This document shows, one piece after another, positions 44,601 through 60,880 of a stretch of 64,000 bases of DNA; the stretch's first letter is position 1, and each line of letters starts with the position of its first letter. The notes beneath the pieces are model-generated. The model saw only the letters and a program-made list of their open reading frames with translations. It made no database searches and was not told where the DNA came from. The DNA is from the human T2T-CHM13v2.0 reference genome, Homo sapiens: assembly GCA_009914755.4 (NCBI GenBank), contig CP068257.2:38432001-38496000 (forward strand), written 5' to 3'. A program made the position numbers and the translations under genes.

Positions 44601-46395
44601 TGCAACCTGGTGTCCCCTCTGATTCGGGTCCCGTTTGTTCTCAGCCATGGGGCCAGGCTCTCTGTGCCTTCGTGTCCTGGACCCCTTCCTAGGAGGGGCT
44701 TCCCCCAGGACCAGTGCCATGGCCCCATTCTGCCACTCCCTCCATAAAAGCAGTGGTCCTCCTCTTCTTCAACTGTATCTGAATTTTGGACCCTGCTACC
44801 TGTCGCTAGACTGCTGCTGGTCTGCCTTGACTTCCCAACAACTACAGAATAACCTGTCTCAATCTCCTCTGCTGTGGACATCCCCATCCCTCTAGGATGG
44901 GCCTTTCAGCCTTCATGGTTTGCCAGTGTCTGGGCTTCTGGGTGGGGGCTGCCCAACTGACTGTCTGCTCCATCCTGAGGCACTCCCTAGCTTATCCCCT
45001 TTCCAGAAAACCTACCTACAGCAATCCTAACCCTGAGTCAACCTCCCTTAAGCATGAAAAGTTGAACATTTCTGGAAAAAAAATCCACGCAATAGAGCAT
45101 TTGGAGATTGACCACCATTTAGGATCATCAACCTCAATTGAACTGTCAGCACTCCCTGCTGGTCTTACTGTTTCTTTAGTAAATGTCCTCCCCATTCCCT
45201 GCAACGATGGCTTCCTGCTGTCCCTCCTCTTCTCACACTTCTGGGCTTCCCTCCACTATCCCCAAATTGCCTAATGCTTCAGAGACACCATCCAGGAACC
45301 CTGCATTTCCAGCCACCAAATCTGTGAACCTACTGGCATTTCCTCCTCTAAACCTCAGTGCTGTGGTCGTGGGCTCTTTCTTATGTATTGTTGATTTCTC
45401 GTTTCTCCCTCTCTACTGGGATCTTCCCGTTACCACATAAACATGCTCTGATGGCAGGCCTCATGAAAAATAATGAACCCAGAGCCTTTCCTCGAATGAG
45501 AGCCTCCCTCCCCCTCCCAGCTTCTTCTCTTGGTTGTCACTTCTTCCAGGTGATGTGTGTTGAAGGAATGTTCTGCCCAGTCAGCCTGCCCCTCACCTCC
45601 TACCCACTTTCTCACCTGACTCAGGCTCATTTCTGCATGCCCCTCCACACCCACTGATGCTGCTCACAGGAAGGTCACCACGATCTTCCGTGTGGCCACT
45701 GAGGGGCATTTTCGCCTGGTTTTGCCTGACTTTCCAGCAGCAGCAGCCTCACCTGACCACTCCCTCCTTTTGCAAGCATCTGTTTTGAATCCACAGCCTA
45801 ACACCCTCCTGGCTCTGCTGCCTCTCTGGCTTTTCCCCTTTTCCTTTGCCTGCTCCCACTCCCTTTGAGAGTCCGTCCTGCACCTTCATCTCTCCTCCAT
45901 CTCTCAGCCAATCTCATTCCCATCCCAGGTGTAAGCGATATCCAGACGCTGACCCGCCTGAATTTCTGCCTCCTGCCAGATGTCTCTTGAGAGCCAGGAC
46001 ATGCCTCAGTGCACAGATGCCTCTGAGTGAATGCCTCTTCGTCACCTTGGATTGAACCCCTCCAAATGTCTGTACCTCCTCTCACTGGCTTCAAAATCCA
46101 CTTCTTCCATGGTCTTCTTCATCAAGAAATCGTGCCTCCACTTATGCTAACTCATGTGAGAATTTGGGTGTTCATTCTTGCTATCTCCTTCTCCACCCTC
46201 CTCCATTTCTGCCTCTCTGCAGTCCATTCAGGACAGAGAGACCAGGTGGTCTTAAAAAGCACACCCGCCATTAGTTGTAAGAAAGGCATTTAATTAGGAT
46301 GTCTATAAAAAGGGAAACTAGGTGTGAGGTAAATGGCAACTCTCTGTACTATCATCACAATTTTTCTGTAAATCTAAAACTGTTCTAAAAAATAA

Positions 46396-46438
46396 GGTTT
46401 ATCACACACACACACATGCACACAGAGAGAAAGAGAGA
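46396..46438. repeat. Short (CA)n/(GA)n compound microsatellite.
   Basis: The sequence is cacacacacacacatgcacacagagagaaagagagatc. Confidence 0.8.
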
Positions 46439-46815
46439 TCATGTGCCTCCCTTGCTTAAAACCCTACACCATCTCCTTATTTCTCTTGCGGCAAAATCTG
46501 AAATCCCTAACACAGTGTTGAAAACCCAGCATGATCAGGTCCCTGTCTTCCTTCCCAGCGTCTCTGGGACCACTGTTCCTTCCCCGGCCCCAGCAGGGTC
46601 CAGTGTCCTGGACCTCCCACCTGCTAAATCTTTCTCTGCAGGAGCTTCTGACTGCTCACTTCTTCTCTCTTCACATAACCGCCTTTGCTTGTGCTCAGGG
46701 ACCAAGTGTGTCCTCCATCTGACACTCCAGGTGAGGTCCTCTCACACTATTTCTTTATAGCACTTACTACAGTTTGTCTCTATGCATATACTTTTGTGAT
46801 GCTTTGTTTACTGAC

Positions 46816-47180
46816 TGTATTAGTCTGTTCTCATGCTGCTAATAAAGGCATGCCTGAGACTGGGTAATTTATAAAGGAAAGGGGTTTAATGGACTCACAG
46901 TGCCACATGGCTGGGGAGGCCTCACAATTATGGCAGAAGGTGAATGAGGAGCATAGGGCATGTATTACATGGCGGCAGGCAAGAGAGCATGTGTGGTGGA
47001 ACTCCCCTTTACAAAACCATCAGATCTCGTGAGACTTACTCACTGTCATGAGAACAGCACAGGAAAGACCTGCTCCCATGACTCAATTACCTCCCACTGG
47101 GTCCGTCCCATGACACTTGGAAATTATGGGAGCTACAATCCAAGATGAGACTTGGGTGGGGACACAGACAAACCATATCA
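46816..47180 (-). mobile_element. THE1-type (MaLR) solo LTR, antisense. The 5-bp TSD is ctgac on both sides.
   Basis: The sequence starts tgtattagtctgttctcatgctgctaataaaggcatgcctgagactgggtaatttataaa. It ends at …gacttgggtggggacacagacaaaccatatca. This is the reverse complement of the THE1 consensus TGATATGGTTTGGCTGTGTCCCCACCCAAATCTCATCTTGAATTGTAGCTCCCATAATTCCCA…, quoted from memory. Confidence 0.8.
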
Positions 47181-48907
47181 CTGACTGGCTCCCCACCAAA
47201 CTGTAAGCTTCAGGGGGTCAGGGAGTGAACACATCTCTTAAACCATCTCAAAAGACTCCTCTGGGCTCTCCAAACCCTGTTTTCTTTTCCCTGGTGGGTC
47301 CATGCCTTTATTCTAGACAATAGGATATTAGTAAAAATAATGTATACACTTCCGTATCTGGCTCATGAAAACCTCTCATCAAACCCTCCATACTCCCTTC
47401 TTCCCCCATCTATTTAGCTGTAAATGAGGAGAAATCCAGGGTTGTAAATCATAAGGTGGAAGGGGCCTGGATGCCTGAATCACCATGTGGAACAGGCCAC
47501 CCAAGAGAGCCCTGACCAAAAATACCTCTGTTGGACTATATTATTATGTGAAGCCACTGAGATTTAGGGAACATTTATTTCAGCAGTCAGCCTCCCTTGA
47601 CCAAATCCTCTGTGTCCCCAGCATAGACCCTGACATACAACAGGCACTCAAAATGACTTATTAAATGACTGGAGGACATTGAATTTCCCCAGGCAAGACC
47701 TGCTTCTGTGAGAGTTTTCAATTGTTCCCCCACTGAGTAAGTCATACCCCACTGCACTAGCCAGGCCTTTCTGGCTGTGTCTAGAGATAGAACTTTGAAA
47801 GCACAAAGGAAAGGAAGAAACATTATTGCTAATCCTATGTGTTTTGTTGCAGTGTTTTTTTGTTTGTTTGTTTTTGTTGTTTTTTTGGTAAATCCCACAG
47901 CTCAGTCCTTATGTCCAACATTTTCCTTGGTAATCATCATTTTCTCATTCTCAGGGAGTGGCTGGATATCATGACCAAAGAGTGTAATACATAAAGTAAG
48001 TCCCCCAGTTTATTTCCCTTACCAACTTACTTATTTTCTATCTGTATTTGAGCTCAAAATGTGACACCCCTCTTTTTTCCCCTCACTGCTTTATTCTGCC
48101 TATTTCTTAACTATCTCATTAAAAAGCACATTTTTCAGAGAATTCTTGGAGGTAAAATTGGAATCTTGGAATGTTCATTCTTGTCTTTCAGGCTATCAGA
48201 GAACATATTAGTAATAAGTTGCCACTGTTCTATAACTCAAAATTAGGGGCAACTCCTGCTGGCCTGGAATTGTGTCGTAAGGAAATTGACTTATTATGAA
48301 TGCTAATTTAGGGGGTTCCTGGAAACACTGGATGGCCGTGATTACCAGAAGAGCAAGAATACCCCGTGCCTGCGTGTGCTTTTTAAGGACCAGTTTAACG
48401 TACAAATGTGAAGATATTATATTCACTTTAAGGAACTTTTTATTCTTTGGTGACTCCTACTTCCTGCTGTTACTTAAAGTCTTTGCTTATAGCATTCTGT
48501 CAACAGATAGTGAATGATTTTCAAATATTTTTAAGCTTGCAAATTCCATAGACTATAAAATAGACATTTCTCATTAAGAAGTGTGATACCTGATTTTGCT
48601 GAAAGTAGAACATCCTTGGGAAAATGCCGTGTAATGATTTTCAGCTACTCCAAGGAATGAATGAGGGCTCCTTTCCTAATTTTCATAGACACTTCCATTG
48701 TAAGGCCACTCATTCTCAGCTTTGTGTTTACCTCCAGGGAATTACTTTTCCATGGGACAGAAGCTCAGAGCTTGTTAGCCACAACCCTGTTTCTTGAGCT
48801 AAAATGTGATATTCTGGTTTATTTGATTTTTAGGAAAGTGTAAGTTTTATTTCAGGTAAAATAGAGACTTAAAAACAGTCAAGTTACAACAGGAAATGAG
48901 GTCCTTA

Positions 48908-49105
<198 letters not shown>

Positions 49106-50185
49106 TCAAAGAAGCATGTGGCAAAAATGGATTTCCCGAAGGAATGGTCATGAACATATTAAATATCATAACAAAAAAACTCAACTCACTCTCCTCTAAA
49201 AGGCTGGCTTTGCAATATAAAATGTAACTGGTAAGTTTAAGTGACCCACCATCTACATTTTTCTCTGCAGCAGCTTTGATGGCCACCAATAAATAATTTA
49301 CCCCTTTACATTACAGGCCACAGCACTTCTGTATTTGGCTGAGATGGAGTAACAAGAACCAGATTTACCCTCCCACCTGAAACAACTGAGGAACACACAC
49401 CATCCATAAAACAATGGTTCTAAAAGCATTGCACATCAGGTAATAAATGACAGTGATCTCTGAAAGATGGGAAACGAATGAAGAAAACCCCACAATCGCA
49501 GAGATTTTGCAATTTGTAGGGCAGTGTAAATTTTATTTCTGATAAAATAGAGAGCTCCACCTCCTCAACTCGGGAGGTTGGCAGCCTTTCCAAGCTAAGG
49601 AGGCAGAGCTGAGAGCCTGAAGGAAGCTAGAGTTCACAAGGAAGAGCACTGGAAAGAGAGCTACACACAAAGGACAAGCTCTGGAGATTGAAGAGGGTCC
49701 TACTTGGGTATTCAGCTGAGCAGATCCATGGATGCATGTGAGGAAACTACCCAAGGCCAGGGAAAGACACCTGAAAGAATTGGAGGTCACGGTGCCTAAT
49801 GCTCACACAGGGATGGGAGTAGTGGCTGTTCTCACCAGTTGGGTTGGAAAACATCAAGATTCCTCGAGCATTGGGTATAGTGCATAAGGGTCTTACCACA
49901 AAGGGGAAATAATTAGCCCCAGGCTGAATACCACTCCAGTCTTTCCTAATTATTCTTAAAGGCAAGACTTAGAGAGAACAAATTATTCCTAAATAACTTA
50001 ACTACATCCAAGAATAAAGGTCAAGAATATTTATAGAATTTATAGAAATTGAAGCATGTAGTACTCCAAAAGGTGAAGTTCACAAAGTTTAACACCTACT
50101 AAAATATTTCCACAAACAAATAGCCCAAATATGTGTCACCTGATGACTGGATAAACATAATATGTCACAGCGATACCATGGAGTC

Positions 50186-50550
50186 TGTATTAGTCCATTT
50201 TCATGCTGCTGATAAAGACATACCCGAGACTAGGTAATTTATAAATAAAAAGAGGTTTAATGGATTCACAGTTCCACATGGCTGGGGAGGCCTCACGATC
50301 ACGGCAGAAGGTGAAAGGCATGTCTTACATGGTGGCAGGCAAGAAAGAATGAGGCCAAGCAAAAGGGGTTCCCCCTTGTAAAACCATTATATCTCATGAG
50401 ACTTATTCACTACGAGGAGAACAGTACAGAGGAAACTGCCCTCATGATTCAATTATCTCCCACCAGGTCTCTCCCACAACACATGGGAATTATGGGAGCT
50501 ATATAATTAAAGATGAGATTTGGCTGGGGACATGGAGCCAAGCCATATCA
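50186..50550 (-). mobile_element. THE1-type (MaLR) solo LTR, antisense. The TSD is gagtc on the left and gagtg on the right, a 4/5 match.
   Basis: The sequence starts tgtattagtccattttcatgctgctgataaagacatacccgagactaggtaatttataaa. It ends at …gatttggctggggacatggagccaagccatatca. Confidence 0.8.
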
Positions 50551-51289
50551 GAGTGTTATGAGATAATAGAAAGGAATGAAGTACTGATAAATGCTATAAC
50601 TTGGATAAATCTTGAAAACATTATGCTAAGTGAAAGGAGCCAATTATAAGAAACCACACATTTGTGATTCTCTTCATTTAAAATGTTCAGAATAGGCAGA
50701 TCGATGGCAACATAGATTAGTGGTTGTCAGGGGCAGGGTAGGGGAAGGGGAAAATTGGGAATGACTGCTAATGGGCGTGCAGTTTCTTTTCAGGGTGATG
50801 AAAATGTTCTAAAATTAGATAGTGGTAAGGGTTGCATAACTCTGTGAATATACTAAGAGCCACTGAATTGTTGAAGTTAAAAGTGAATGACATCTCAATA
50901 AAGCTGTCATAAAAATTTCCAGGAAAACATAATTCATAAGAAGAAATCAATCAATCAAAATTCACCCATAATTGGCACAGACATTAGATTTATGCAAACA
51001 AGGGCAATAAAGTAGTTATAATTGTATTATAGCGGTATTATAACTGTATATGTTCAAAAATTTAAGTAGATATGATACAAAAAGACCTAAATTAAACTCA
51101 AAATGAAACTATAATGCATGAAATAAAAAATACATTGAACTTGATTAGCAGCAGCGTAGATATTGCAGAAAAACTGATTAGTGAACTTAAAGGTGTGGAA
51201 GGAAAATAAATATTGGGGCCCCCAAATCACTAAGCTAAAGGGAAAAGTCAAGCTGGGAACTGCTTAGGGCAAACCTGCCTCCCATTCTA

Positions 51290-51690
51290 TTCAAAGTTAT
51301 CCCTCTGCTCACTGAGATAGATGCATATCTGATGGCCTCCTTTAGAAGGCTAATCAGAAACTCAAAAGAATGTAACCATTTGTCTCTTATCTACCTAGGA
51401 CCTAGAAGCCCCCTCCTCACGAGCCCCCTCCCCACTTTGAGTTGTCCCGCCTTTGCTTCAAGTTGTCCTGCCTTTTCAGATGGAACCAATGTTAAAAAAT
51501 TGGTTGATGTCTCATGTCTCACTAAAATGCATAAAACCAAGCTGTGCTCGGACCACCTTGAGCACATACTGTCAGGACCTCCTAAGGCTGTGTCATGGGC
51601 ACGCATCCTCACTTTGGCAAAATAAACTGCCTAAATTGACTGAGACCTGTCTCAGATATTTGAGGTTCACAACACATATTAATAAATGAT
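51290..51690 (+). mobile_element. Possible ERV-type LTR relic of unassigned family immediately upstream of the L1 fragment.
   Basis: The sequence contains …ggcaaaataaactgcctaaattgactgagacctgtctcagatatttgaggttcaca, an AATAAA followed by a U5-like tgtctc motif. It is non-coding. Confidence 0.25.
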
Positions 51691-51699
51691 ACATAGAAA

Positions 51700-53575
<1,876 letters not shown>

Positions 53576-53582
53576 TAGGTGG

Positions 53583-53740
53583 AGCTGGATCCATTTTATA
53601 GATCAGGAAACTGAGGTTCAGAGAAAGTAAGTGATTCACTGATGTCACAAGACCAGACAACTGCAGAACAATGGCTCCAGCTCAGGGCCTCTGGTCCCAA
53701 GTCTGGTGCTATTTCCTCACACTTTATGCTGTCAATTAGA
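53583..53740 (+). mobile_element. MIR fragment from the 5' region.
   Basis: ggatccattttatagatcaggaaactgaggttcagagaaagtaagtgattcactgatgtcacaagaccagacaactgcagaacaatggctccagctcagggcc resembles MIR ccattttacagatgaggaaactgaggctcagagaggttaagtgacttgcccaaggtcacacagc…. Confidence 0.55.
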
Positions 53741-56585
53741 AGTGACCAAAACAAGAAGGACTTACTTTTACTCTTGTTAGCTTTTCAATAAACCTTACAT
53801 GCCTCAGCAGGCTGCATAAGTTACAATACCAGTCATGCAATTAAACAGGGGATTTAAATCTTCACTATATCTCTTAATTGTCATACAACCTCATGCTTCC
53901 TCAACAAAACATAATGTCAGATAATTACTTATTGTCAAAACTTTAATTTGTGGGTACACAGTGTCAGATGATTTGGAGAGACTCTTGCATGGATTCCCTA
54001 GATACATCACTATAATCTAGCATGCACGTGCATGTGTATGCACTCATTTACACCTCACCTCCACCCCCCTCCCACTACAACACTCCAGTCACGTCTTAGA
54101 GTATTATGGGAAAATTAGTCCCTCTAGAAGTTCAGAGGGAATTTGGCCTGTTTCCTGATAAACCAAAGAGACAATCCTGAGACTGTATGTACTTGCATTG
54201 TGTGATTCTCCAAGGCTATGTCATTGCCAAATTAATTTTACAAAGCTTAATGATGTGCAAATTCTAACAATTACTCTTACTGAACATTAAGCATCAGGAA
54301 AGCATTAAGATATATTTATAAAATAAAGATCTTTTTCTGTGTAGACAACATAGCTTTTAGTTAAAACTCCATACTTATCCTGTTGACAAGGTAAAATTCG
54401 TTCTTGATTACCTCCAAAACACACACTTTAATTTTTGCCTGTAACATAATGCATGGCTAAAATCAACAATAAAATATGACTTTTTATGCAACAAGATTTG
54501 TTTCATCATTTATATAGAAGACTAATCAAGAATTGAAGTAAAAAAGGTATATTCATAGAAACTTCCTTAATTTCTCCGTAGGTTAGGATGAAAAATAATA
54601 ACGTCAAGCTGTTAGTGGCTCCTATTGGTTATTTGGGTAAGTTAGTTACACTGATGTCACCACCCTTTGATGCCACTGTGTATTCCTCTGAGGACTGCCA
54701 TAATTAGGCACAATTTTCCTGGTCTTAGTAGAAGGGCAAGCAGAAAGTTGATAACTGAACAATTTAAACCATCAGAGTTGATTTATTTTCTTTGGAATAT
54801 ATGTAACTGGATATTAAAGTTGACTCTTCCTGTTCTCTGGAAGTTTTAGCGATGATCTTAAAGCGTGAGAATGCTCCTAAAGATGCCAGTGCCTTCTTTC
54901 CTAACAAGAGCTGTGAGGCCACCTGGGCAGGACTTGCTGGTTCTCATGTTTTGCCAGTCATCCATTTCCAGGCTCCAAAAGAGGCTGGGGCAGGAATAAG
55001 GATTTTCTGTTGAGAGAGGTCTGTGAGTATTCCCTCTTATGGGTGGAAGAGGGCTTTGAGCTCTAGGGAATCTCTCGGAGAACTTGGAGTCTGAAGGACA
55101 CAGAGCTTGGTAAGTGAGCCACACCTGAGAAGGCTAATGGCGAACCACAGTGGCAGAGGTTAGCCCTGCTCACAACAGGAGAGGAGGCTGGGCTGGACTG
55201 GCCACGCCTCCTAGAGTGAAGCAGGGTAAGGATGCCTACTGGTTGACCCTAGAGGACAGAGCAAGCCTGGATGTCTTGAGAGAGAGAACCATAGGCATGA
55301 AATGCCTCCAACAGAGGGATGCAGTGTAAATTATATAGTATTTATTGTAAACAGAATCATTAGCTATGGATGGTGCATAACTCAATCATTATTAACCATT
55401 TTAACAGTAGGTAGGAGAAAAAAGAAAAAAAGAGCAAAATGGGAAGAAAATAACCAGAAGTTCTCTCAGTGTAGTGGAGCCAATCTAGTTGATTAAATCC
55501 TTTTTAATGCTCAGCCAAAAATGCTTGTTCTGAAAAGAAGGGATGATAAATATCATCTCCTTTTGAAATATTTCCCTCCATATTTTATTAAGTTAGGATA
55601 GCATGGACTATATTTATATTTCATTAATTTTCTTTTTATTGGATACCAGATTTTCCAACACAACAATCCAATAGTGTGTAAACTGACTTGCTAATTTCTA
55701 CATGCATATTTTATTACGTAGCACTCTCTTCCAAATATAGAGAATGTTCAATGAGAAGGGATCACTTTGATTTCCAGATTTCGCCTGATATATCAGCTGG
55801 GTTGCTATTTCAGAGACTCTGAATCTTTTTTTTTTTTTTTTTTAAAGAAACAAAGCAAAGCTTCGCTATCAAGGACAACAGATAAACACTGCGGTATAAA
55901 GAAGGGCAAACTCACAATGGAGTTTCTTAGGGATTAATGAACCAAATATGGCAAAAGGAGAAATCTGTGGGGAAGCAACAGAGACACTTTTCTTAATATT
56001 TAAATATTTCATTTTCTTCAGGTAGACTTTGAACTCTCCAGTCTCATCTTCTTTAGAGTTAAGACAGACGTGTCAGTCATCCTAGATTTTGTTATGCCTA
56101 AAGTGTGAATTAATTTTGAGTGGACTACAGTAATTGTGCTAACCATTTGTTTGAAGAGAAGACATAAGAGTTCCTTTGTGACCTGTGGAAATACAGAAAC
56201 AGCTAACATTACGAAGTTGCCGCCAGGCATGGACTTGAGGGATCCCATCCCCCATGTCCCTGAACCAGAATGCCAGGGATTCCCTTCCATGGCTTATTTT
56301 TAATCCTGCTCTGTCTATGCCCAGCTTGAGGAAGTGGATGGGACATTTGTGGACTGGGGTTGCCAATTATTTTGCATCTGTCATATATTCCTCTTGGCTA
56401 GCTGAGGAAAAAGCCTGTTATTTCTCATCTAAAATGTGTTTAAACATGTAGGCTCTATCCAAGTTGAGAAGCAAGCCAACATTTATTATTAATTAATCAC
56501 TTCTCAATTGAAAGGCTCTAAGTGGCTGCCAAGTTACTGATTTCTTGGTCCACCAGATAACATGGTGGCATGAGAAGAACAGGGC

Positions 56586-56812
56586 TCTCTCTGGCTCAGC
56601 GGTCCCCAGCCTTTTTGGCATCAGGGACAGATTTCGTGGAAGACAGTTTTTTTTTTCACAGATGGATGGACGTGGTAGGATGGGATGGTCTTGGGATGAA
56701 ACTGTTTCACCTCAGATCATCAGGCATTAGTTGGATTCCCATAAGAAGCATGCAGTATAGGTCCCTAGTATTAGTCCGTAGCCCGGGGGTTGGGGAATCC
56801 TGCTCTACCGAT
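56586..56812. mobile_element. Internally deleted copy of a palindromic DNA-transposon-derived repeat with terminal inverted repeats. The family is not named with confidence.
   Basis: The left end is ggctcagcggtccccagcctttttggcatcagggacagatttcgtggaagacag. The right end is gtccgtagcccgggggttggggaatcctgct, its reverse complement. The internal sequence is gggatgaaactgtttcacctcagatcatcaggcattag. Confidence 0.45.
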
Positions 56813-58860
56813 GTCATGTAACAGGGGCGATCCACAGTGTTCTTAGGGGAAGATTTGGGTATTTGGTCTGAGGACACACACATAAAATGTAAAATATGCA
56901 TGTTGCTTATGTAATGAACCATCTCAAATACTATTCTTACAGTGGGCTGGTCATGGTTTTTACTGTGGGAGGTGGTGGGGGGGGGTCCAGGCAGACACTG
57001 CTGCCTTCAAAGTATGGAGGTCTGTGGATAAGGGATGTTGGCGAGAGTTATAGGACCCCATGAGCCAGACATAGAAGCTTGTTGGACTATCGTTCTCTCC
57101 TTTGGGCTGTGGGAAGAAAATCTAGGCAAAAGTTCTTAGCTTCATGCCTCGTAATAGGAAGGGCTTGTAAATAATTACTGAGTTTCAATTAATGGTCATT
57201 TACTGAGTTCAGTTGCAGTGTGTAGATTATAAGGCAAGTTCCTGCCCCCGGGGAGCAAGAAGTGACCACAGCTTGGCAAACAGATTAATTTAAAATGAGG
57301 CACCATAGAAGTCTGACCAATTCCTACTAAAATTTAGATATAAACTCGTTTGAACCTTTCTCTAAAACCAACCCTGTCATAGTTGAAGACATGGATGAAT
57401 ATTTATAAGATGCCTAAAAAATAAATGGAAACTTCATATATTTGTTGTAAAAAATATTTATAGCAAGGTTTTACAAGACTTCTGACATGTTTGCCTCCCC
57501 AAAGCCGTATCCAGAGTGGAAAATACAGTAAATGGGATAAATCTTGTGACACCCAAGCCAGAGCGTTCACATTTCAAGCGTTTTGTCTTTGTATGTTACT
57601 GCTTTAGGTCTGCTGGGTAGAGTCGTGGGTTCCTAAGGAACTAAATGTGCACAGTTTACTCTTCCAGTCAAAAGAGTGTAAGGGTTGTGAGGAAGTTAGT
57701 TTTCTCCTAGTGCTTCAGGGTCAACTCATGGAAAGCCTGGGAACAGCGTCTTCTAGACCTGCCTTCATTCCACAATTATTGTTGCCTTGTGGTGTTGATA
57801 TAATATTTTTCTTTTCATGTGTAAGATGCTTTTGACCAGTAAATAAGATATAATTAGCCACAGTGAGGCACTTTAAACACTCTTTGGTCATGTCTATAAA
57901 ACTAGACGTTTACCCAATAATTGCCAAATTCATTTCCGAACCCCTCACATTACTTAGCTTGTAGCTGCACTTGTAAGACCTTGCAGAGCCTTCTCTAGTC
58001 CTCTCAATCAGGGGCTAAGTCTGCCCTTTGTCTTTCATAGCCTTTGCCTTTATTCCACTGTGGGTTATGGTCTTGCATGTGCTTACTGCATCTCCCCAGG
58101 GGTCAGGCTCCCCGACCCATCCCTCTACTCCTTTTACTCACCCATCCCTCTACTCACTCTGCAGGGAACCTGGTTCAGAGCATTGCTTAGAGCTGGGACT
58201 CAATGACCAGTAACTGGAATACACTGAAGAAATTCTTGTTGTACTAGGTGAGTTTAGTAATGACCTAGAAATGATTTGAGTACGATAGGAAATAATGAGG
58301 ATAAAATGACTACAAAGCCATAGGCTGTTCATGTCAAACTATTCAGCCTGTCTGATATAAAAGGAATTCTACTTTTAAAAATTTCAATTAACTTTTTAAT
58401 GAAAAACTAATTCTATAAGGAAATGTGATGTTTTAAAAAGCTCTGATAGCTAATTGTTAACATGCAATTAAAAAAACTGAAGGCTGTGATTTCATAGATA
58501 GAATGTCCACAGCAGTGAAAAAAAAACTCCCCCAAGCAATAAACAAAATTGTTAGCTCTTTTAATTATAGGGTAAGGGAACTTTTAGAATGCTTAACATC
58601 TTCTTGTTTAGTGGCAAAGAAATGGCCTGGATTCCATTAAGAATTAGCAGTTCACTGCATTAATTTAAGATTTTTAAAATTCTTATGTATAATATATTTT
58701 GATCTAATTTCCATTTTATTTCACAGTTCCCATCTATAAAAGAAGATGTCATGGCAGAAAGATCTTCCTAAAGGCATAGGTTGAGAGGCCAACATTGGTA
58801 GAAATGGGATAACAGCCAGGCAATTCTGGTAGTTTCCTCTGCCTTTCACTGAGATTACTG

Positions 58861-59140
58861 TAGATACCATTACATATATGACTATATATATGACTATATA
58901 TAGACTATGTATATAACTATATACATAGACTATTGGCTACTTTTAAAAAGCCTTTCAAATATAAAATATTTTATATATGACCATATATATATATATGACT
59001 ATAGATACCATTATATATATGTCTATATATATGACTATATGTAGACTATATATATAATTATATACATAGACTATTGGCTACTTTTAAAAAGCCTTTCAAA
59101 TATAAAATATTTTATTTTTGGCCTTCCAAATATAAAAGTT
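58861..59140. repeat. AT-rich tandem duplication of period about 141 bp, with two copies plus a partial third. Each copy contains (GACTATATA)-like sub-repeats.
   Basis: tagataccattacatatatgactatatatatgactatatatagactatgtatataactatatacatagactattggctacttttaaaaagcctttcaaatataaaatatttta at 58861 recurs at 59002 with a few substitutions. ttggccttccaaatataaaagtta at about 59116 is a partial third copy. Confidence 0.85.
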
Positions 59141-60513
59141 ATTGCTATAATGTTTTGCAACTATATTAAAGTTGATATCCAGAGAAGGCATGAGAAAAAC
59201 TAGTTTCTTGATGTAATTGTTTAGAATTAGAAGCACCATCCAATTAGCCCAGGTGGCATTACAGATACTTATGTTAACAGGCTCTTTCCAACCGATATAA
59301 TCTCCCTTTGCTACAATTTTTCCTCATCCCCTTTTCATTGTCATACCACCTGCCATGAAAATTATCTATCTGTCAAAGTTACATTATTAATTTAACTTGA
59401 TTGCTGTCACCTATTCAACAAATTCTGTACAAAAAAACTAATTTGTTATCATATAGTTTCTCACATACAAGAAATTAATGAGAAACACAATTCTTAGTAA
59501 TAAAAATAATATATGCAGAATTTACAAAATTGAAAAAAATAGCTCTTTCCACTAGTGTTAATTGAAAAATGATTTAAAGCCAATTTATTTCCTTAAATAG
59601 TACAATATGTCTGTGTCAGGCCAAGTCAAAAAGATAAGATGTTTTCAAAGCTGCAATCTTCCAAAAGCTCCAAAAGCTAATTGATAAAAAGGGCATTTTA
59701 GCAAAACTTTGGAGACAGTAAAAAGATCAGAGGTTAAGAGGGTGGGATGAATAGGAGGAGCACAGAGGGTTTTCAGGGCAGTGAAACTTCTGCATGATGC
59801 TATAATGGTGGATCCATGTCATCAAACATTTGTCCAAACCTATAAAATGTACAACCCCAAGAGTAAGTCTTACATAAACTATGAACACTGGCTAATAATG
59901 ATGTGTCAATGTAGGTTCCACCATTGTTACAAATGCACCACTTTATTGGGGGATGTCGATAGTGGGGGAGGCTGTGCAGTAGGGGCAGGGGCATTTGGAA
60001 AATCTCTGTACCTTCTTCTCAATTTTTCTGTGAACCTAAAACTGCTTAAAAAATAAAGTCAAGTTTTTTAAAGGCATTTTAGCCTGTGGATAATCAGAAA
60101 GCTCTACGCAGCAATGGGGAAGTACATTCAGGGTGGCATACACTAAGCTACCTAGTCTGAATGAATGCTACCTCAAAGCTAGAATGCTTAGTGACAGGTT
60201 ATCTGACAAATCAGGCAGGCAGTCTTATGAGACTGAGCTTCAAAAGAGATTTCCAGGGCCTCTTTCTGTATGAAAATTTTAGGGGAGTATATGCTTAAGT
60301 TTTCTTTGCTCTATAAATTACATGATTGGGCTCAGAATTTTAAAGGCCAAGATTTCTACCTTGAGTATAGGCCATCTGCATTTTACCAGTTATAGCAATT
60401 GAATGATTTCACATAATGCCTAGTGGACAAACAACCACTGAGAACAATATGAGAAGAAAACTGAAATATAGCTTCAACAGAAAGATTGAGTAGTTATTGG
60501 CTTGTTCACTGTG

Positions 60514-60880
60514 TGATATGGGTTGGCTGTGTCCCCACCCAAATCTCATTTTGAATTGTAGTTCCCACAATCCCCATGTGCCGTGGGAGGGACCCCGTGG
60601 GAGGTAACTGAATCATGGGTGTGGTTACCCTCATGCTGTTCTTGTGACAGTGAGTGAGTTCTCATGAGACCTGGCTTTATAAGGGGCATTTCCCGCCTTG
60701 GTTCTGCACTTCCTCTTGCTGCTGCCACGTGAAGAAGGACATGTTTGTGTCCCCTTCCACCATGATTGTAAGTTTCCTAAGGCCTCCCCAGCCATGCTGA
60801 ACTGTAAGTCAATTAAACCTCTTTCCTTTGTAAGTCACTCAATCTTGAGTATGTCTTTATTAGCAGTGTGAGAACAGACA
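60514..60880 (+). mobile_element. THE1-type (MaLR) solo LTR, sense. The 5-bp TSD is ctgtg on both sides. The 3' end is slightly truncated.
   Basis: The sequence starts tgatatgggttggctgtgtccccacccaaatctcattttgaattgtagttcccacaatccccatgtgccgtgggagggacc. It ends at …tctttattagcagtgtgagaacagaca. Confidence 0.8.

Noticed and set aside
44474-44887. A 137-aa minus-strand ORF with a nested 77-aa ORF
   Set aside because: It overlaps the MER5-like repeat relic. It has no recognisable domain and no splice-site context tying it to the DSCAM frame. I judge it a chance ORF in a GC-moderate intron.
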